This document shows positions 8,880 to 20,278 of a stretch of DNA of 52,004 nucleotides, one piece after another. Position numbers and translations under genes: made by a program. Numbering within the stretch: position 1 is the first letter of the stretch; each line of letters begins with the position of its first letter. The stretch spans positions 1 through 52,004 of the forward strand of contig JBAWYM010000003.1 in the NCBI GenBank assembly GCA_037143575.1, written 5' to 3'. Source of the DNA: Candidatus Peregrinibacteria bacterium. GTDB taxonomy: Bacteria; Patescibacteriota; Gracilibacteria; Peribacterales; Peribacteraceae. The notes under the pieces are model-generated. The model worked only from the letters and a program-made list of their open reading frames with translations, was not told the origin of the DNA and did no database searches.

Positions 8880-10097
8880 TCACTCAAACCTCAGCGCCTC
8901 AATCGGATGCAACTTCGCGGCCTTCTGCGCAGGATAGAGGCCAAAAACCACTCCTGTCCCCACGGCCATACTCAGCGCCAAGAAGACAGAAAGCGGAGTC
9001 AGGGAGAACGGGAACGTCCCGAGGAAGCGTGCGGCGATGCGGGCGAGGATGAAGCCCATGGTTGTCCCACCGATGAGACCGATGATGCCGCCGATAAGCG
9101 TGAGCGTGACGGCCTCGAAGAGGAACTGGAAGAGGATATCGCGGTTGCGCGCACCCACGGCTTTGCGCAGTCCGATTTCCTTGGTCCGTTCGGAGACCGA
9201 CACCAGCATGATATTCATGATGCCGATCCCGCCGACCACGAGGGAGATGCCGGCGATAAGGCTCAAGAAAATGGAAATCGAGAGCGTCACCGTCGAGATG
9301 ATATCCATCGCCTGCGAGAACGACCGCGCGATGAAGTCATCCTTGGCAGGATCATCGGTGGGATTGGTGATCTTATGCCGCTGACGAAGGAGCGACTTGA
9401 TGTCGATTTCCGTGAAGGTGATATCACCGACGGACTGCAGCGAAACGTAGTCGACGAACTGGTACTTGCCGGTCATCACCTTGGCCACGGTGATAGGGAT
9501 ATAGACCTGCGCATCCAGATTGGCGGTGAGCGCGGAGCCGAAGGACAGGAGAACGCCCACGACCGTGAACTTCTGATCCCCAATGGAGATGCGCTGCCCC
9601 ACGGGATTCTGATTGGAGAAGAGATCGGTGGCCGTCTGGCTGCCGAGGACGGCGACATTGCTCGCTCCCTTCACGTCCCCGTCGGTGAGGATGCGGCCGT
9701 GGTCGAGCTTGAGAGAAAAGTTGTTGAAGATCTCCTTGGTCGATCCGAAGATGGTCGGCTTCTTCTCCTCTTTGCCGTACTTCACCGGCTGCCCCACGAA
9801 GACGACTGGCGCGGCACTGGTGACTGTCGAGAGCTTGCTCAGCGCATCGAAGTCCGCATCGGAAATGCTCTCGGTGGCCTTGCCAAATTCCTGCAGTCCC
9901 TTGGCATGGATCTCGAACGTCGCGGCGCTGAAGGTCTCCACCTGACTCAGGATGTACCCGCGGAAACTCGCGCCGATGCTCACCATCAGCACCACCGACC
10001 CCACACCAATGATGATGCCAAGCGTCGTCAACAGTGACCGCGACACATTGCGCGTCATGCCTTGGGTGGCCGTCTGGAGGAGATCGTGGAGCAACAT
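8880..10097 (-). CDS. MacB/FtsX-family ABC transporter permease
   Basis: RSLLTTLGIIIGVGSVV, GGIGIMNIMLVSVSERTKEIGLRKAVGA, PAQKAAKLHPIEALRFE. Confidence 0.95.
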   Translation of the reverse strand: MLLHDLLQTATQGMTRNVSRSLLTTLGIIIGVGSVVLMVSIGASFRGYILSQVETFSAATFEIHAKGLQEFGKATESISDADFDALSKLSTVTSAAPVVFVGQPVKYGKEEKKPTIFGSTKEIFNNFSLKLDHGRILTDGDVKGASNVAVLGSQTATDLFSNQNPVGQRISIGDQKFTVVGVLLSFGSALTANLDAQVYIPITVAKVMTGKYQFVDYVSLQSVGDITFTEIDIKSLLRQRHKITNPTDDPAKDDFIARSFSQAMDIISTVTLSISIFLSLIAGISLVVGGIGIMNIMLVSVSERTKEIGLRKAVGARNRDILFQFLFEAVTLTLIGGIIGLIGGTTMGFILARIAARFLGTFPFSLTPLSVFLALSMAVGTGVVFGLYPAQKAAKLHPIEALRFE

Positions 10098-10146
10098 TCT
10101 ATTCTTGGGAGCGGGATTCCTTCCCGCGGGCATCGACTATAAACAA

Positions 10147-11382
10147 TTATTCATACCTCAGCGCCTCAATCGGATTCAATTCCGCAGCTTTCTTCGCCGG
10201 ATAAATCCCGAAGACCAACCCCGTGCCGGCAGCGGTAATTAGGGCAGCAATCGTCGCAATGATATTGATTCCAAACACATAGTCCGCGAGGAACTTTTTC
10301 GCGATCGCGACGATGAGAATATCCAGACCGATACCGATGACCGTCCCCACCAGTCCGCCAATGAATGTCAGGACAACGGCTTCGACCACGAACTGATTCT
10401 GGATATCCCGCGGACGAGCTCCGAGCGCTTTGCGCAGCCCGATCTCGCGAGTCCGTTCCGTCACCGCGACGAGCATGATATTCATGATCCCGATCCCACC
10501 GACCACAAGGGAAACCGCCGCAATCATCGTGATGAAGAGCGTGAGACCGAGGGACACAGACGAAAGAATCTGCTGCGCCTGATCTGCAGTCCGAACGAGA
10601 AAATCATCATTCGCCGTTCCTCCGTCTTCCGGGAGCGAAATCGTATGACGTCTACGCAGCAGACCTTGCACATCGGCGACCGCATCCTGCAAATCCGCGA
10701 CCGACGTCATGGTGACCATATCTACGTACGAATGCTGTGTGACGATCTTGGCGATAGATAGCGGAACGATCACCCTCTTGTCCATATTCTGAAAGAATTG
10801 AGACCCGACGGCCTTGAGGACGCCGATCACTGTGTACTTACGCCCTCCCACATCAATGCGCTGCCCGAGCGGTTCGCCATTCCCGAAGAGATCGATGGCC
10901 GTATCCGGTCCGATGACGGCAACTGCACGACCCGCCGCTTCGTCCGCATCATCATGCAATCGTCCTGATGTCACCTCCACCTTCTGATTCTGGTAATTCG
11001 CCGGGAGTGTCCCCACGATCCGCGAATCGGACGTCTCCTTCCCGAAAGACACATCCCCCGTCACGAAGACCATCGGAGAGACGTGGGAAACCGTAGAAAG
11101 ACGCTGCAAAGCATCGACATCAGAGAATGTGAGTGCCTTGAGATCGGAATTGAGCCCGCCTCCACCACCTTCCGGCCCCTTATTCCCCGGCCACAGTGCA
11201 ATCGTCCGGGGACCCAAAACACTGATTTGCCCCAGAATGACACCCTTCATGCTCTCCCCGATGCTCGTCATGAGCACGACAGCCCCAACTCCGATGATGA
11301 TCCCGAGCATCGTGAGGACCGCACGACTGCGATTCACCGTGACGGCTTTGAGCGCGATAGTGATGGTGTCGGTTATGAGCAT
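10147..11382 (-). CDS. MacB/FtsX-family ABC transporter permease
   Basis: RAVLTMLGIIIGVGAVV, GGIGIMNIMLVAVTERTREIGLRKALGA, PAKKAAELNPIEALRYE. Confidence 0.95.
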   Translation of the reverse strand: MLITDTITIALKAVTVNRSRAVLTMLGIIIGVGAVVLMTSIGESMKGVILGQISVLGPRTIALWPGNKGPEGGGGGLNSDLKALTFSDVDALQRLSTVSHVSPMVFVTGDVSFGKETSDSRIVGTLPANYQNQKVEVTSGRLHDDADEAAGRAVAVIGPDTAIDLFGNGEPLGQRIDVGGRKYTVIGVLKAVGSQFFQNMDKRVIVPLSIAKIVTQHSYVDMVTMTSVADLQDAVADVQGLLRRRHTISLPEDGGTANDDFLVRTADQAQQILSSVSLGLTLFITMIAAVSLVVGGIGIMNIMLVAVTERTREIGLRKALGARPRDIQNQFVVEAVVLTFIGGLVGTVIGIGLDILIVAIAKKFLADYVFGINIIATIAALITAAGTGLVFGIYPAKKAAELNPIEALRYE

Positions 11383-11387
11383 CTTGA

Positions 11388-11477
11388 GGGATCGGATGGA
11401 TGGAATGGACGGACAGGTTGCTAGTTATTAGTTACTAGTTTTTGGTTTTCTTCGGCTTCCTCGGTTTCATTCCGTTA
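11388..11477. repeat. Stacked short tandem arrays (GGATGGAAT-like, TAGTTAT, TTCTTCGGC-like)
   Basis: ggatcggatggatggaatggacggacagg / ctagttattagttactagtttttggtt / ttcttcggcttcctcggtttcattccg. Confidence 0.7.
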
Positions 11478-11529
11478 TTTCTTTATTCTCTTATGCCAAT
11501 CCACAGGAAGCATCCCGCGCTGGTTTCTG

Positions 11530-12333
11530 TTATTTCAACTCCACCGTCTTCGATGCAATCCTCCGCACGAACGTCCCGTCGGAGATTCCTGCAGCGGGCG
11601 GCAGGGCCTTGGAATCAGCAGAACGCTCATCCGCGACGATGCGCCCGTCGTGGATCTTGATGATGCGTTCGGCGTGCTCTGCTGTGGTCCGCTCGTGAGT
11701 GACGAGGATGATCGTATGCCCCTCACTGTGGAGCCTCTGGAGAATCTCCATCACCTGCTTGCCCGACGCCGAATCCAGATTCCCCGTCGGCTCATCGGCG
11801 AAGATCACCTCGGGCTCGGTGACGAGGGAACGGGCGATGGCCACACGCTGCTGCTGGCCACCGGAGAGCTGATTGCTGTAGAAGAGCGCTCGCTCGCCAA
11901 GCCCCACAGAGCGGATCGCGGCCAGTGCCTTCTCTTTGCGCTCACTCGGACGAAAGGCGGAATTGTAGAGAAGCGGGAGCATCACGTTATCCAGAACCGT
12001 CGTACGCGGCAGGAGATTGAAGGACTGAAAGACAAATCCCACGCTTTCGGCGCGAATGCCGGCGAGGTGATCTTCCGTCTGCTCCCCGGTCTGCTCCCCC
12101 TTGAAGCGGTACTGGCCGGTGGAAGGAACGTCGAGGAATCCGAGAATGTGCATCAGTGTCGACTTCCCGGAACCCGACGGACCCATGATGGAAACGAATT
12201 CCCCCGTACGGATCGTGAGGTTTACATCGAAGAGCACGGGGGTTTCCACGCCGTCATTGAGGTACGCCTTATTCAGCGCGATGATCTCGATGAGCGGAAG
12301 GGGCTGGCCGGTAGGCGTGGATGTGGAAGACAT
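11530..12333 (-). CDS. ABC transporter ATP-binding protein (MacB/LolD type)
   Basis: [38 protein letters not shown]. Confidence 0.96.
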   Translation of the reverse strand: MSSTSTPTGQPLPLIEIIALNKAYLNDGVETPVLFDVNLTIRTGEFVSIMGPSGSGKSTLMHILGFLDVPSTGQYRFKGEQTGEQTEDHLAGIRAESVGFVFQSFNLLPRTTVLDNVMLPLLYNSAFRPSERKEKALAAIRSVGLGERALFYSNQLSGGQQQRVAIARSLVTEPEVIFADEPTGNLDSASGKQVMEILQRLHSEGHTIILVTHERTTAEHAERIIKIHDGRIVADERSADSKALPPAAGISDGTFVRRIASKTVELK

Positions 12334-12379
12334 AAAGGGTGAAGATGAAGGACAAACGACTGAGAAAGTGTACCAAATT

Positions 12380-12426
12380 TTGGCTTGGTCATTCCTTGGT
12401 TATTGGGATTTGGTCCTTGGTCATTC
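12380..12426 (-). repeat. AATGACC-family heptamer arm after the membrane fusion protein stop
   Basis: Minus strand gaatgaccaaggaccaaatcccaataaccaaggaatgaccaagccaa; same family as 4814-4940. Confidence 0.8.
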
Positions 12427-12434
12427 CCCCCAGA

Positions 12435-14222
12435 CTACTTTTTAATGAGCACCACCACGGTCTCCCCTTCACTAACCCCACTCACCACCTCCGCATCCGT
12501 ATCCGATTCCATGCCCGTGGTCACCGGCTTCTCGACGACGTTTCCCTTGTCGAGAATGCGGATAATCTTGGTGCCGTCGGGGTTCTGGATGATGGCACGG
12601 ACAGGGACTAGAAGGACATTCCTGCGCTCACCAGTGATGATTTCCCCGTCACCCGTCATGCCGATTTTGAACTCGGTGTGCGGGTAGGCGAAGTTGAGGG
12701 TCACGCGGTACTTGGAGACGCCGTCTACGAGCGTGGGTCCGGGTTCCGTGGAGCTCACCTTCAGCGCGTAGTGCACACCGGGGAACGCATCGAGCTCGAT
12801 GGAACCGGTCTGCGTGAGGACGACCTTGGGAATGTCCACCTCGGAGAGGAACATCTCGATACGGTACGGGGAAGTACCAAGCATGGTAACGGAATGACTG
12901 GCGTTGGCGGGATCACCGGTAAATTCGCCGAGCTTGTAGTCGATCTTGGTAATGACGCCGTCAGCGGGAGCACGGATGATGGAATTTTCGAGCTGTGCCC
13001 TTGCTCGGGCGACATTCGCCGCTGCGGCGTTGGTCGAGGCCTGGGATGCGGCAATCGTCGTATCGCGAGGACCGGCCTTCTTGAGGGCGAGCTGGGCCTC
13101 CTGCGAAGCGAGGAGCGCAGTATTGGTATTCACAGCGGACTCGGCAGATTGCGCCGCACCCCGGGATGCCTCGAAGTTGGCCTGCTCACTGGTGAGGCTC
13201 GTGTCGTATCCGGCGGAAGCATCCTGGAGAGACTTCGTGGCACTGTCGAGAGCGGTGAGAGCGGCCTGCACTGTCGCCTTCTGCGTGGCGATGGATGTTT
13301 TGTCGGCATCCCGCGAAGACGCAGGGAAGCTGCCCGTGAGAGGGAGAGATCCGACGATGTCGTAGAATTTCTGCAGGGCAAACGCCCCATCGGCTGTCGC
13401 TGCGCGGGCGGTCTGTAACGTCGCGAGAGCGTCTTTGAATGTGGCGAATCCTCCGGCAGACTGCATCTGTGCAGCCGCGAGTCCCGCCTTGGCGGAAGCC
13501 ATCCTCTGCAGTGAAATCCCCCAGTCTGTGGTCGCATACTGCTGTGCGAGAATCTGAATTGTCGGATCCGTGACGATGGAATCGAGGGAGGAGATCGCCG
13601 ACGTGGAGAGCGCGATCTGCTGCTGACAGATACTCACGGCCGTCTGAATGTACCCCGCGAGATTGGTGGTCGCCTGATTCTTGATCGCATCTAGGCGATC
13701 GCTGGATGCCTTGAGCTTGTCCTTCGCACTCTGGAGATCGGCCTTCGCGGCGTTGAGCGAAGCGCGGCTGCTCTCTACGTTCGCCTCAGCGATGGCGATA
13801 TCCTCTGAGCGCGTCCCCTGCTGCAATTCCTGAAGCCCGGCCAGCGCCTGCGCATACTGTGCCGATGCGGCAGCGAGATCCGCGGACTGGGAGCCATTGC
13901 GCAGACTGACGAGGAGCTGACCTGCAGAGACACGATTCCCTTCCTTCGCGGCAACGTTCTGCACAATCCCCGTTGTCGGGAACTTGAGATTGAGCGCCTG
14001 ATCCGACGTGACCGTTCCCACCGCCTCCACCTTCTGCACCAGATCTCCGCGCTTCACGATCGCCGTGATGTACTGCGGGGCAACGGGACGGAAGAGTGCG
14101 TAGAGGAACCACACGACGAGCAAGAGAACGATGCCGTAGATCGTCGTGAGGATCGGATGACTGACGGCGTAATGCTTGATCCAGCTGGCCGGTTTCGTGA
14201 AGATTGCAAGAATACCTACCAT
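12435..14222 (-). CDS. Efflux membrane fusion/adaptor protein (MacA/HlyD family) with a long coiled-coil
   Basis: N-terminal TM, VKRGDLVQKVEAVGTV, Ala-rich helical hairpin, IRAPADGVI, GMTGDGEI, VSGVSEGETVV. Confidence 0.92.
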   Translation of the reverse strand: MVGILAIFTKPASWIKHYAVSHPILTTIYGIVLLLVVWFLYALFRPVAPQYITAIVKRGDLVQKVEAVGTVTSDQALNLKFPTTGIVQNVAAKEGNRVSAGQLLVSLRNGSQSADLAAASAQYAQALAGLQELQQGTRSEDIAIAEANVESSRASLNAAKADLQSAKDKLKASSDRLDAIKNQATTNLAGYIQTAVSICQQQIALSTSAISSLDSIVTDPTIQILAQQYATTDWGISLQRMASAKAGLAAAQMQSAGGFATFKDALATLQTARAATADGAFALQKFYDIVGSLPLTGSFPASSRDADKTSIATQKATVQAALTALDSATKSLQDASAGYDTSLTSEQANFEASRGAAQSAESAVNTNTALLASQEAQLALKKAGPRDTTIAASQASTNAAAANVARARAQLENSIIRAPADGVITKIDYKLGEFTGDPANASHSVTMLGTSPYRIEMFLSEVDIPKVVLTQTGSIELDAFPGVHYALKVSSTEPGPTLVDGVSKYRVTLNFAYPHTEFKIGMTGDGEIITGERRNVLLVPVRAIIQNPDGTKIIRILDKGNVVEKPVTTGMESDTDAEVVSGVSEGETVVVLIKK

Positions 14223-14366
14223 AGAGAGATATTATACCACGTCATACTTTCTGTGTCTTGCATTTTTTGGAGATTTTTCCTGTTTGAGCCTTAATATGCA
14301 AAGTTTATGATATAGAGAAAATATGAGGGATAATAAACGGGGGATAACGGAGTATCGAAATAGTCG

Positions 14367-14400
14367 AACCTTTACAACCCTTAGAACCCTTACAACTTTC
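14367..14400 (+). repeat. AACCCTTAC 9-mer array before sufB
   Basis: aacctttac aacccttag aacccttac aactttc. Confidence 0.75.
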
Positions 14401-14423
14401 CTTTTTCACCTCGTCATACCCCA

Positions 14424-15812
14424 ATGCCTTCCCCCACGCTCCAAAACGCCCTCAATCAGGCAAACCCCTCCCCCTACGCGACTGAAAAACAGCGCGGTAT
14501 TTCTGAAGAACTCGTCCGACGTATCAGTGCAGAAAAGAATGAACCGCAATGGATGCTCGAACATCGGCTGCAGTCCTTCGCACTTTTTCAGAAGATGAAG
14601 CGACCGACGTGGGGACCGGACATCAGGAACCTCCACTTCGAAGACATCCTCTTCTACGCGACTCCGGGAGTGGAGCAGACCGATGAATGGAAGGAGATCC
14701 CGCCAGATATCCGCCGCGTCTACGATCGCCTCGGCATTCCGGAAGCCGAACGCCGCATGCTCGCCGGCGTGGGTGCGCAATACGAAAGCTCCGTGATCTA
14801 CCACCGACTCAAAGAAGAATGGACGAAGAAGAAGGTGATCTTCCTCGATATGGATGAAGCGGTGAAGCAATACCCAGAGCTCGTGAAGGAGTACTTCATG
14901 AAGTGCGTGCCGCCGTCCGATCACCTGTTCGCGGCTCTGCATGGGGCTGTGTGGTCCGGAGGGACATTCCTCTATGTACCGCGCGGTGTGACCGTTACCG
15001 AGCCCCTTCAAGCGTACTTCCGAATGAACGCACGCGGCATGGGACAGTTCGAACACACGCTGATCATCGTGGATGAAGGTGCTGATGTGCACTACATCGA
15101 AGGGTGCTCGGCGCCGAAATATGGGACTTCAGCACTCCACGCCGGATGCGTAGAAATCTTTGTGAAGCCAAGTGCCACCATGCGCTACTCGTCCGTGGAA
15201 AATTGGAGTCGCGATACGTACAACCTCAATACCAAGCGTGCGATCGTGGAGCGCGAGGGGACGATGCAGTGGGTGGGAGGAAATTTGGGAAGCGGCGTCA
15301 CCATGCTCTATCCCTGCTCGATGCTCACCGGGGAATATGCCCGCTGCGACCACCTGGGGCTGGCCTTCGCCGGAGAAGGACAGTGGCAGGATACAGGAGC
15401 GAAGGTGATGCATTTGGCTGCGCATACGACGAGCTCGGTAGTGAGCAAGTCCGTAAGCAGCCACGGTGGAAGAGCTGTCTACCGTGGCCTCCTCTCTGTG
15501 GCTCCCGGAGCCCACGACTGCACGGCGAGTGTGAACTGCGATGCGCTCCTCCTCGACTGTTTCAGCGCAACCGAAACCATCCCCGACATGCGCATCCGCA
15601 ATAATGAAGTGACGATCGCCCACGAAGCCAAAGTCGGTCGCCTCTCGGATGACGATCTCTTCTACCTCATGTCCCGCGGTCTCACCGAAGAACGTGCACG
15701 GGCCATGATCGTCAACGGCTTCATCGATCCGATCGTGCGGGAATTACCGTTGGAATACGCGGTCGAAATGAATCGGCTGATTGAATTGGAAATGGAGGGA
15801 TCAGTCGGGTGA
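14424..15812 (+). CDS. sufB: Fe-S cluster assembly protein SufB
   Basis: GVGAQYESSVIY, AVWSGGTFLYVP, GQFEHTLII, HYIEGCSAP, FYLMSRGL, ELPLEYAVEMNRLIELEMEGSVG. Confidence 0.98.
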   Translation: MPSPTLQNALNQANPSPYATEKQRGISEELVRRISAEKNEPQWMLEHRLQSFALFQKMKRPTWGPDIRNLHFEDILFYATPGVEQTDEWKEIPPDIRRVYDRLGIPEAERRMLAGVGAQYESSVIYHRLKEEWTKKKVIFLDMDEAVKQYPELVKEYFMKCVPPSDHLFAALHGAVWSGGTFLYVPRGVTVTEPLQAYFRMNARGMGQFEHTLIIVDEGADVHYIEGCSAPKYGTSALHAGCVEIFVKPSATMRYSSVENWSRDTYNLNTKRAIVEREGTMQWVGGNLGSGVTMLYPCSMLTGEYARCDHLGLAFAGEGQWQDTGAKVMHLAAHTTSSVVSKSVSSHGGRAVYRGLLSVAPGAHDCTASVNCDALLLDCFSATETIPDMRIRNNEVTIAHEAKVGRLSDDDLFYLMSRGLTEERARAMIVNGFIDPIVRELPLEYAVEMNRLIELEMEGSVG

Positions 15813-15834
15813 AAGCCAAAATAATCACCACCAG

Positions 15835-16103
15835 CAGAGCAGGTCTTCGACCTGCGGATTCAATGGTAGGCATTGAATGCGGTTCGCCTGTCCTGTTTAC
15901 CCTGAGCCTGTCGAATGAGAGCCGAGTCCAAGGATCGACCCGCGGGACTACACCAAAACACCATTGAACGGCCACCCTTACGATATTTTTGCCACATGGA
16001 AAATGAATGCCCACGAAATCTTGTGAACATACAACCCGCAAAATACCCCATTGTCATCTACAATAGTGCCCATGTGCAGATCGCGGGTCGAAGACCCGCT
16101 CTG
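15835..16103. mobile_element. REP-doublet/MITE-like element, copy 1
   Basis: Inverted ends cagagcaggtcttcgacctgcg ... cgcgggtcgaagacccgctctg; homologous to 50425-50638. Confidence 0.7.
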
Positions 16104-16128
16104 AGAAATATTTTATGGACATTCACCC

Positions 16129-16998
16129 ATGAAGTCGCAGAAACGAATCCCCGGCCCCACCCCCTTCTCCGGCCCCTGGGAGAACGCACCGGCATGGGTG
16201 AAAACTTCGAAAACAATTATGCAATGGCATGCAAAGGGAACGACATTCGGAGATCACCTCATCGTGATACCGGCAAGCCATTCCCGTAGGACAGGAACGT
16301 TCCTGTTCTACGGGAATGATGCCTGGACCCGCCTCCTCCTCTACGCCGGAAAGAACGCTGAAGTATCCATCGCCGTCGAACTCAACGACGATGCGAACGA
16401 AAATGCGTTCACTTTCGACTGCATCCTCGAACGTGCCGCGCACCTCACGGTAACCTTCATGAAGGGCAAATCCGGAAACCCAACCATTCGCCAATCCGCC
16501 ACAGTCGGGAAGGACGCAACGCTCAACCTCACGAACATCACCCAGGGCTCCTGCATACATACCCTGCAAGCAGACGTTACGGGAGAGCACGGGGAACTGA
16601 ATATCGACTGGACCGTCCACACCGGGAAAACCATGCACTGTAACCTCTCAGCCTGCACCGAATTCCACAAAAAATACGGAGGAGGAAAGACCATCATCCG
16701 CGGAGTCTGCGAGGGATCGTCGGTGCTGAAATCGCGCGGCACCATCGTGATCGGCAAGAAGGCGACGGGCTCGGAAGCGCATCTGGATCAGAAGATCCTC
16801 CTCCTGGACTCCACCGCCAAAGCCGACGCGATTCCGGAAATGAAGATCGAAACGAACGATGTGAAAGCCAGCCACGCCTCCACCGTCTCGCGCATTGCAC
16901 CGGAGGATCTCTTCTACTTCAGCTCGCGAGGCATCAGCGGGAAGCAGGCGAGGAAGATGTATGTCGAGGGGTTTTTGGCACAGAGAACCACCCATTGA
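16129..16998 (+). CDS. sufD: SufD-family Fe-S assembly protein
   Basis: C-terminal ILLLDSTAKADAIPEMKIETNDVKASHASTVSRIAPEDLFYFSSRGIS...MYVEGFL. Start uncertain. Confidence 0.88.
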   Translation: MKSQKRIPGPTPFSGPWENAPAWVKTSKTIMQWHAKGTTFGDHLIVIPASHSRRTGTFLFYGNDAWTRLLLYAGKNAEVSIAVELNDDANENAFTFDCILERAAHLTVTFMKGKSGNPTIRQSATVGKDATLNLTNITQGSCIHTLQADVTGEHGELNIDWTVHTGKTMHCNLSACTEFHKKYGGGKTIIRGVCEGSSVLKSRGTIVIGKKATGSEAHLDQKILLLDSTAKADAIPEMKIETNDVKASHASTVSRIAPEDLFYFSSRGISGKQARKMYVEGFLAQRTTH

Positions 16999-17182
16999 CA
17001 GACTCAGGGTAAATTCTGCCGGGAAAAATCCACAGCATTGTAGACCCCAGTACGCCCCACTTCACTTCGTTTCGCGGTGCTTCGCGGGGCGGGGAAGTCT
17101 TTCGGCACAATCAATTCACCTGATTGAAGGCGAATCAAAGCTTCACCCTTCGACAAGCTCAGGGTGAATTTTGCACAGCAAA

Positions 17183-17209
17183 ATTCACAACATCGTAGAG
17201 TAGAGAAGT
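17183..17209 (-). other. 16S precursor trailer strand of the processing stem
   Basis: 27 nt complementary to 19110-19136, with one G-U pair in the RNA. Confidence 0.85.
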
Positions 17210-17359
17210 CTTCCGGGCCTCTCACCATATCCGCAAGCGGATATCGTGAGAGGGTGCTCCCCAGGCAATCGGAGTACATGACGACCATTGAGCACAGGCC
17301 GTAGCATGTGTTTTCCGTGCGATCGCAAGCGATCGACGGAACCAGAGATATTCCCTGGT

Positions 17360-18991
<1,632 letters not shown>

Positions 18992-18997
18992 AAGAAT

Positions 18998-19052
18998 TGA
19001 ACCTAGTTTAGTAGCTCCGCCTCGTTGAGGCGGAGAAAAATGAACCTAGTTT
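18998..19052. repeat. GTAG-REP palindrome flanked by 12-bp direct repeats
   Basis: tgaacctagttt-a-GTAG-ctccgcctc-gtt-gaggcggag-aaaaa-tgaacctagttt. Confidence 0.75.
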
Positions 19053-19109
19053 CATTTCAAAAAAAATTTACGAGTCCTATGCTTCCTCCGTGAGGAGAAA
19101 GATAGGCAC

Positions 19110-19136
19110 ACTTCTCTACTCTACGATGCTGTGAAT
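19110..19136 (-). other. 16S precursor leader strand of the processing stem
   Basis: Pairs with 17183-17209. Confidence 0.85.
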
Positions 19137-19294
19137 GAGCGGATGAACACCACCCTTTGATGTCATCTCGAGCGTAGTCGAGAGACGAAGGGTGAATTCC
19201 GAAGTTACAACGTCGGGCTCCCGTTTCCCTTATTCTTGTGTGAGGGACATAGAGCCACAAAACCACTCGATCCCAAGAGGATCAGAGCCGAGTC

Positions 19295-19322
19295 ATTGTA
19301 GGAGAAGGAATTCCCACGTCAA
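19295..19322 (-). promoter_or_regulatory. Sigma70-type rRNA promoter
   Basis: TTGACG-16 nt-TACAAT on the minus strand, ~300 nt upstream of the 16S. Confidence 0.75.
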
Positions 19323-19363
19323 GAATAAAAGGGAATTCTTGGAGACGATCTTCCGACCGACCA

Positions 19364-20176
19364 TCACACCGTCACCCAAGGACGCCCCAGAGTATCCGCG
19401 GGATGTCCTCTCCCGGGAATGCCTTTGTACGCGGGTCCATGAAAGATCTGCGGAAATGATGGAGGAGCAAAATGACCGGGAACGAGCTCCTGGAGGACGA
19501 AAAACGAATTCACACCACAACGGTCGGTCCCGATGAGCACATACCCTTTCTCTCTCCCCAGATTCTCCAGGGCACGCAAACTCGCCCCCTGATAATCCGT
19601 TTTGTCCCACACAAAAGATGCGCTGTACGGAACCGTCACGCTCAGATCCGAACCCTTGTTAGCGTTGTACTCCATTATCACGACTCGTGGTCGGAAGTGT
19701 GTAATGGCTTTCCAGACCCAGTAGTCATTCCCATCAATATCGATACTCAGGAGATCGAAGACTTGCGGGACGGCATACTTCTGAAAAAGGAACTCGATGT
19801 TCTCCGCGGTAATGAACTCCCGCTGCACGCCGTTCTCCACCGGCCACTCCTGCCCATCCATCAGCAGCCCCGTCCATCCCTGATGCTTGAGGAGATAACG
19901 GCAGTTACACTCCAGCCCATCCTCCACACCGAACTCCACACAGTATTTGTTCGTCGTTCCGATCATCGCAAAGATTGCAGCGATCATCCCATCTTCGCCA
20001 TTCTGGGAAAATTCGTGACGCTCGATGAAGGGAATGCGTCGCTGAAAGAGGGAGAGATCACCAATCGGTCTCCCGCTCCAGTGCAACATGTGAAGGGTGA
20101 CGTGCGCGTGGAACCACCCACGTAACCAGTCGAGGGATTTGCGAGCACGCTTGCGGAGGCGAATAACAAGAGGCAT
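19364..20176 (-). CDS. FkbM-like methyltransferase-family protein
   Basis: FSQNGEDG, CVEFGVEDG, GWTGLLMDG, FDLLSIDIDGNDYWVW. Start placed at MPLVIR, which has TACTCT 6 nt upstream. Confidence 0.75.
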   Translation of the reverse strand: MPLVIRLRKRARKSLDWLRGWFHAHVTLHMLHWSGRPIGDLSLFQRRIPFIERHEFSQNGEDGMIAAIFAMIGTTNKYCVEFGVEDGLECNCRYLLKHQGWTGLLMDGQEWPVENGVQREFITAENIEFLFQKYAVPQVFDLLSIDIDGNDYWVWKAITHFRPRVVIMEYNANKGSDLSVTVPYSASFVWDKTDYQGASLRALENLGREKGYVLIGTDRCGVNSFFVLQELVPGHFAPPSFPQIFHGPAYKGIPGRGHPADTLGRPWVTV

Positions 20177-20278
20177 ACCGGAAGAGTAACGGATTATCCG
20201 AATATCCGGAAACGCGAATGATCTCCTTCTCCATTGCCCTGATATTCCGCTACTCCGGTATTCCGCTACTCTACCCCC

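Noticed and set aside
10111-10131. gcgggattc(c)ttcccgcggg motif also near 48673-48691
   Set aside because: Only two short copies; may be terminator-like hairpins, too little to define an element.
11570-11626. Palindromic insertion in the ABC ATPase tail ([17 protein letters not shown])
   Set aside because: The flanking cgttc repeats are 52 nt apart (not frame-preserving) and the stem is weak; unsupported without an alignment.
17000-17359. tRNA or 5S rRNA in the 16S trailer
   Set aside because: Several hairpins, but no cloverleaf with a T-loop or 5S motifs seen by eye.
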